Origin: a virus
Taxonomy: Duplodnaviria > Heunggongvirae > Uroviricota > Caudoviricetes
Direction: 5' to 3' (one strand)
DNA: 9,179 nt
Virus record (IMG/VR): IMGVR_UViG_2537562190_000019
Under the pieces are notes generated by a model. That model was not told the DNA's origin. It did not search any database and saw nothing but the letters and a program-made list of their open reading frames with translations. The position numbers were made by a program, and so were the translations under genes. This document shows, piece after piece, positions 6,510 to 9,179 of the stretch (positions are counted from its first letter, which is position 1; every line of letters begins with the position of its first letter).

Positions 6510-6536
6510 TAAAGTCCATTTAAGTGAGGTGCATCA

Positions 6537-6734
6537 ATGTCTAGCGGTAACACAAACAACAAATCAGCAAAGAAAAATATTCGATTCCCACATGAGCTTA
6601 TAGATGGGATTGATGCCAGCGTTGAACAAGAAAAATTAACTAATCCTAGTGCTAATTTTTCCGCATGGGTCTTAGATGCCTGTGGACGCAAATTAAAATA
6701 TGAACAGCGCCGCAAGGCCAAAGAGCAGGAATAG
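6537..6734 (+). CDS. Small DNA-binding regulator, 65 aa, putative ribbon-helix-helix (Arc/CopG-like); the only plus-strand gene
   Basis: GAGGTG 6 nt upstream of the ATG. KNIRFPHELIDGIDASV...NFSAWVLDACGRKL has an RHH-like strand-helix-helix pattern. Divergent from the operon with operators between, and followed by a clean intrinsic terminator. Confidence 0.6.
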   Translation: MSSGNTNNKSAKKNIRFPHELIDGIDASVEQEKLTNPSANFSAWVLDACGRKLKYEQRRKAKEQE

Positions 6735-6822
6735 TCCACCAGCAAGCCAGCACACTGAGCACATTGCCCACCAGACAGCAAATCGCTATGATGTTCTGGC
6801 TTATGTTTAGTGTTTTCCCATT

Positions 6823-6851
6823 GGCGACCGCCACAGGTCGCCTTTGTTTTA
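6823..6851 (+). terminator. Rho-independent terminator of the plus-strand regulator gene
   Basis: GGCGACC-GCCACA-GGTCGCC (7-bp GC-rich stem, 6-nt loop) followed by TTTGTTTTA. Confidence 0.7.
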
Positions 6852-6869
6852 TGTGTCATATGCTCCCCT

Positions 6870-7094
6870 TTACACTGCCTTACCTGAATTAATGCGATCC
6901 CGGCTTTTAACCCATTCCATAACCTCGGACAGCAGCCACCCTACAGAACGACCGCCCAGATTAAGACGTGACGGAAAGCGCCCTTTTTTCTCCAGTTCGT
7001 AGCGTGTAGTGCGGCACACTCCTGTTAACTTACGGCATTCATCCTCACGGATTACGCGATCTGATAGTGATTGAAATTGTGTATTTTGATTCAT
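6870..7094 (-). CDS. alpA: AlpA-family phage transcriptional regulator / excisionase-like protein, 74 aa
   Basis: LNLGGRSVGWLLSEVMEWVKSR matches the AlpA signature (...GxRSVGW...E...EW...) and the small HTH size fits. GAGGA lies 9 nt upstream of the ATG. Confidence 0.75.
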   Translation of the reverse strand: MNQNTQFQSLSDRVIREDECRKLTGVCRTTRYELEKKGRFPSRLNLGGRSVGWLLSEVMEWVKSRDRINSGKAV

Positions 7095-7129
7095 AAAAAA
7101 ACGTCCTCGAACGTTGCCGAACGAGGACG
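7095..7129 (-). terminator. Intrinsic-terminator-like hairpin plus U7 immediately 5' of the alpA start; its 3' arm contains the alpA Shine-Dalgarno
   Basis: On the mRNA strand: CGUCCUCG-(12-nt loop)-CGAGGACG-UUUUUUU-AUG. Perfect 8-bp GC-rich stem; 5' arm is CCUC (anti-SD), 3' arm is GAGGA (SD). Confidence 0.6.
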
Positions 7130-7156
7130 ATTCTAGGCGGTAGTAAAACGCCGTTT

Positions 7157-7189
7157 GTGTGATATCACACTACCAGCACGTGATATCAC
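7157..7189. promoter_or_regulatory. Paired palindromic operators GTGTGATATCACAC (7157-7170) and GTGATATCAC (7180-7189), centres 21 bp apart
   Basis: A perfect 14-bp palindrome and a perfect 10-bp palindrome two helical turns apart; the second overlaps the TGA stop of the 257-aa gene. A possible -10 (TAGAAT, minus strand about 7135-7130) lies just downstream. Confidence 0.55.
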
Positions 7190-7959
7190 TTTTTACGTTT
7201 TTGTTGAGATTCACGCCCCAAATACTTTTGCCATGTCTGCCAATGTGTTTTTGGAAATTCTATCCCTCTGGATGCAGCTATAGAATCAATTAAATCTGCT
7301 ATTTTAGGTAATGATTCCGTGTCCAGGTCTACATCACCCATTTCTGGAATAAGTTTAATTAAAGAGTAAATAACCTCATTCCTTTTTGACGATGCTTTTG
7401 GGCTATCTTCTGTTATCTTCGGGAAGTCTCCCGTATTTTTTATATTATCTAAATCACTAGCCATCACACACAAATAGTTAACATCAAATTCATAACCACC
7501 CTTACAAAAAACATACATGAGATTATCATCACCATACTTATTCGTAAGATGAGAACATTTTATATATTGTCTCATGCTAAATTCGACATCAGCAAAAACA
7601 TATGCCGGAGTATAATAAAACCCTGATAAGCTGCTAACATAATAACATTTGATAGAATTCCCTACAGGACCAATAATGGCACTATCTAAAAATTCAGTGT
7701 CACCAGTTAAACCAACTGTAAAATTACTTCCAAAAACAGCAGATTCATCATTGAAAGGATATTTTATTAATTCTTCCTCATTACAACCATTGATAAAATG
7801 ACATAATGAAAAATTGAATTTTTTAGCATCAATTTTTGGTATATATACAGAAATATTAAGAGCACCTATATATGCGTAATGATAAAGATCTTTTATTGCA
7901 CAGCCTAACTTTTCTGCCGCTTCAGGTAACGGATAATAGAGTCTTTTAGGTAATTTCAT
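7186..7959 (-). CDS. AT-rich hypothetical protein, 257 aa, unassigned family; N-terminal HTH-like segment plus a ~210-aa domain of unknown function; candidate accessory/defence cargo
   Basis: ATGA start/stop overlap with the integrase stop (7956-7959) and AGGTGG upstream. Composition is strikingly AT-rich (roughly one-third G+C by eye) against roughly half for flanking genes. N-terminal LPEAAEKLGCAIKDLYHYAYIGAL resembles excisionase/AlpA-type HTH. Confidence 0.7.
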   Translation of the reverse strand: MKLPKRLYYPLPEAAEKLGCAIKDLYHYAYIGALNISVYIPKIDAKKFNFSLCHFINGCNEEELIKYPFNDESAVFGSNFTVGLTGDTEFLDSAIIGPVGNSIKCYYVSSLSGFYYTPAYVFADVEFSMRQYIKCSHLTNKYGDDNLMYVFCKGGYEFDVNYLCVMASDLDNIKNTGDFPKITEDSPKASSKRNEVIYSLIKLIPEMGDVDLDTESLPKIADLIDSIAASRGIEFPKTHWQTWQKYLGRESQQKRKK

Positions 7960-9179
7960 TTGGCCACCTTCAGCATAACAATATTTTCATGATTTCCAGC
8001 CAGCACATCGAGACGCTCAACCCATAGATTAAGAGCGTCACGTTTTGCATCAAGATAACGGGAGTGATTATAGACTCGTTGCATTCCTGGCAACTGGTGC
8101 GCGGTAAGCTGCTCCACAACGTGCGGTTCCACGCCTAAATCGTTCAGCATCGTTGTAAACGTGTGCCGGATGTCGTGCAACGTCCAGGGGGCTTGATTAA
8201 TGCGTCTGTGTGCCGTTCTTCCGTACTCTGATACGGATGATTGCCCTTTCAGTTCTCCGAGCAATAATCCCGTGTGCCTGTTCTGCTCCACCAGCTTCAT
8301 GACAAACGGCAAGATCGCTTCCGGTATTGGCCTGAATATTGCTACCTTCGTTTTGCTGTGTTCTTTCGGCACGGTCCAGAGCATTTCTTTAAAATCCCAT
8401 TCCTGGACCTCAGAGCGTCTTAGCTCAGTGGTACGACATCCGAAGACAATCAGGAGGCGAATCAGGGCGCTGTAGTACGGTGGGTAAATTTTTTCATCAA
8501 GGGCGCGTAGTAATTCCCCAAGCTCCTTGTTTGTTAGTACGCGCTCGCTTATTTCTGCTTTTTTCCCAACATCACCGACAACCATATCATCAAGAACGTT
8601 GCTGATTGCGTATCGTCGTTTTCGGCAGTACTTAAGCGCCTGTTTGCATACCTGTAGCAAAAATCCGGCTGATACCGGATTACGCTTAGCAAGCTGGTCA
8701 AAACAGGCCAGCCAGTGGCGTAGCTCGCATTTTTCCAGTGGCATAGCGCCAATCTGGCTAATTATGTGTTTATTGATCCGGCTTTTCAGTGATTCGTAGT
8801 CAGTGCGCTTTTCCTTTGCGTACGATTCAAGCCAGTAAGTGAGCGCTTCCTTAACCGTCACGGGGGCTAACGCGTCCTGTACAGCATGATTAAGTTCATA
8901 GCGCGGATTTTTCCCCTCAGCCAGCCAGGCGCGACACTGTGCCGCTTTTTCCCTGGCAGCTTTCAGGCTCAGATCGGGATAATTGCCCAGCCTCAGACGT
9001 TCCGGTGATATCTGCCTACCAGTTCCGGCCCTGTAAGTGAAATACCAGGTTAACAGGCCATTGGTTGAATGCCTTACGCTAAGGTTGCCACCATCATTAA
9101 AAAAGGTGTTTTTTGTGGTTGGTGATCCGCTTAATTTTCGTAAAAGAGTGTCGCTAAGTCTATGAATTGCCCTGCTCAT
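7956..9179 (-). CDS. int: Tyrosine site-specific integrase, P4-like family, 407 aa
   Basis: N-terminal arm-binding-like region (TWYFTYRAGTGRQ...), catalytic signatures CRTTELRR (Arg), LHDIRHTF (HxxR) and VYNHSRYLD (His...Tyr nucleophile). The ORF starts at the last base of the window, so its promoter and any attL/tRNA lie outside. Confidence 0.85.
   Translation of the reverse strand: MSRAIHRLSDTLLRKLSGSPTTKNTFFNDGGNLSVRHSTNGLLTWYFTYRAGTGRQISPERLRLGNYPDLSLKAAREKAAQCRAWLAEGKNPRYELNHAVQDALAPVTVKEALTYWLESYAKEKRTDYESLKSRINKHIISQIGAMPLEKCELRHWLACFDQLAKRNPVSAGFLLQVCKQALKYCRKRRYAISNVLDDMVVGDVGKKAEISERVLTNKELGELLRALDEKIYPPYYSALIRLLIVFGCRTTELRRSEVQEWDFKEMLWTVPKEHSKTKVAIFRPIPEAILPFVMKLVEQNRHTGLLLGELKGQSSVSEYGRTAHRRINQAPWTLHDIRHTFTTMLNDLGVEPHVVEQLTAHQLPGMQRVYNHSRYLDAKRDALNLWVERLDVLAGNHENIVMLKVAK

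Larger units (their letters stand above)
100..9179 (-). mobile_element. Integrative phage satellite / PICI-like island (int - cargo - alpA - small genes - primase/helicase - ori - terS-like - capsid homologue - repeat-rich terminus); right boundary beyond window, left boundary approximately 100-250
   Basis: Gene content and order on a single strand: integrase, AlpA-type regulator, primase/helicase with iterons immediately 3', small-terminase-like gene, HK97-fold capsid homologue, then a non-coding repeat-rich end. No tail, portal, large terminase or lysis genes are present, which argues for a satellite rather than a full prophage. Confidence 0.6.

Noticed and set aside
6128-6859. 243-aa minus-strand ORF
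   Set aside because: It runs through the divergent promoter/operator region and antisense across the well-supported 65-aa regulator gene. Only the last 67 codons (6128..6331) have a ribosome-binding site and a protein-like sequence.
6652-8799. Short ORFs antisense to the regulator, integrase and flanking regions (6652..6834 minus; 8200..8475 plus; 8527..8799 plus; 8549..8752 minus)
   Set aside because: Antisense or out of frame relative to well-supported genes; no independent support.

Overview
The window reads as one compact (~9 kb) integrative phage-satellite / PICI-like island, probably enterobacterial, with nearly all genes on the minus strand. From right to left: a P4-family tyrosine integrase (7956..9179); an AT-rich cargo gene of unknown function translationally coupled to it (7186..7959); an AlpA-family regulator behind a terminator-like hairpin (6870..7094); a divergent ribbon-helix-helix-like regulator with palindromic operators (6537..6734, plus strand); a run of small proteins; a primase/helicase (3467..5221) followed by an iteron-type origin (3229..3453); a small-terminase-like gene (1820..2308); an HK97-fold capsid homologue (734..1666); and a repeat-rich non-coding terminus (~100..733). 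The best candidate for something undescribed is the AT-rich 257-aa gene between int and alpA, which I could not assign to any family. All calls rest on reading the sequence and recalled family signatures; no searches or computations were run, and compositional statements are by-eye estimates.
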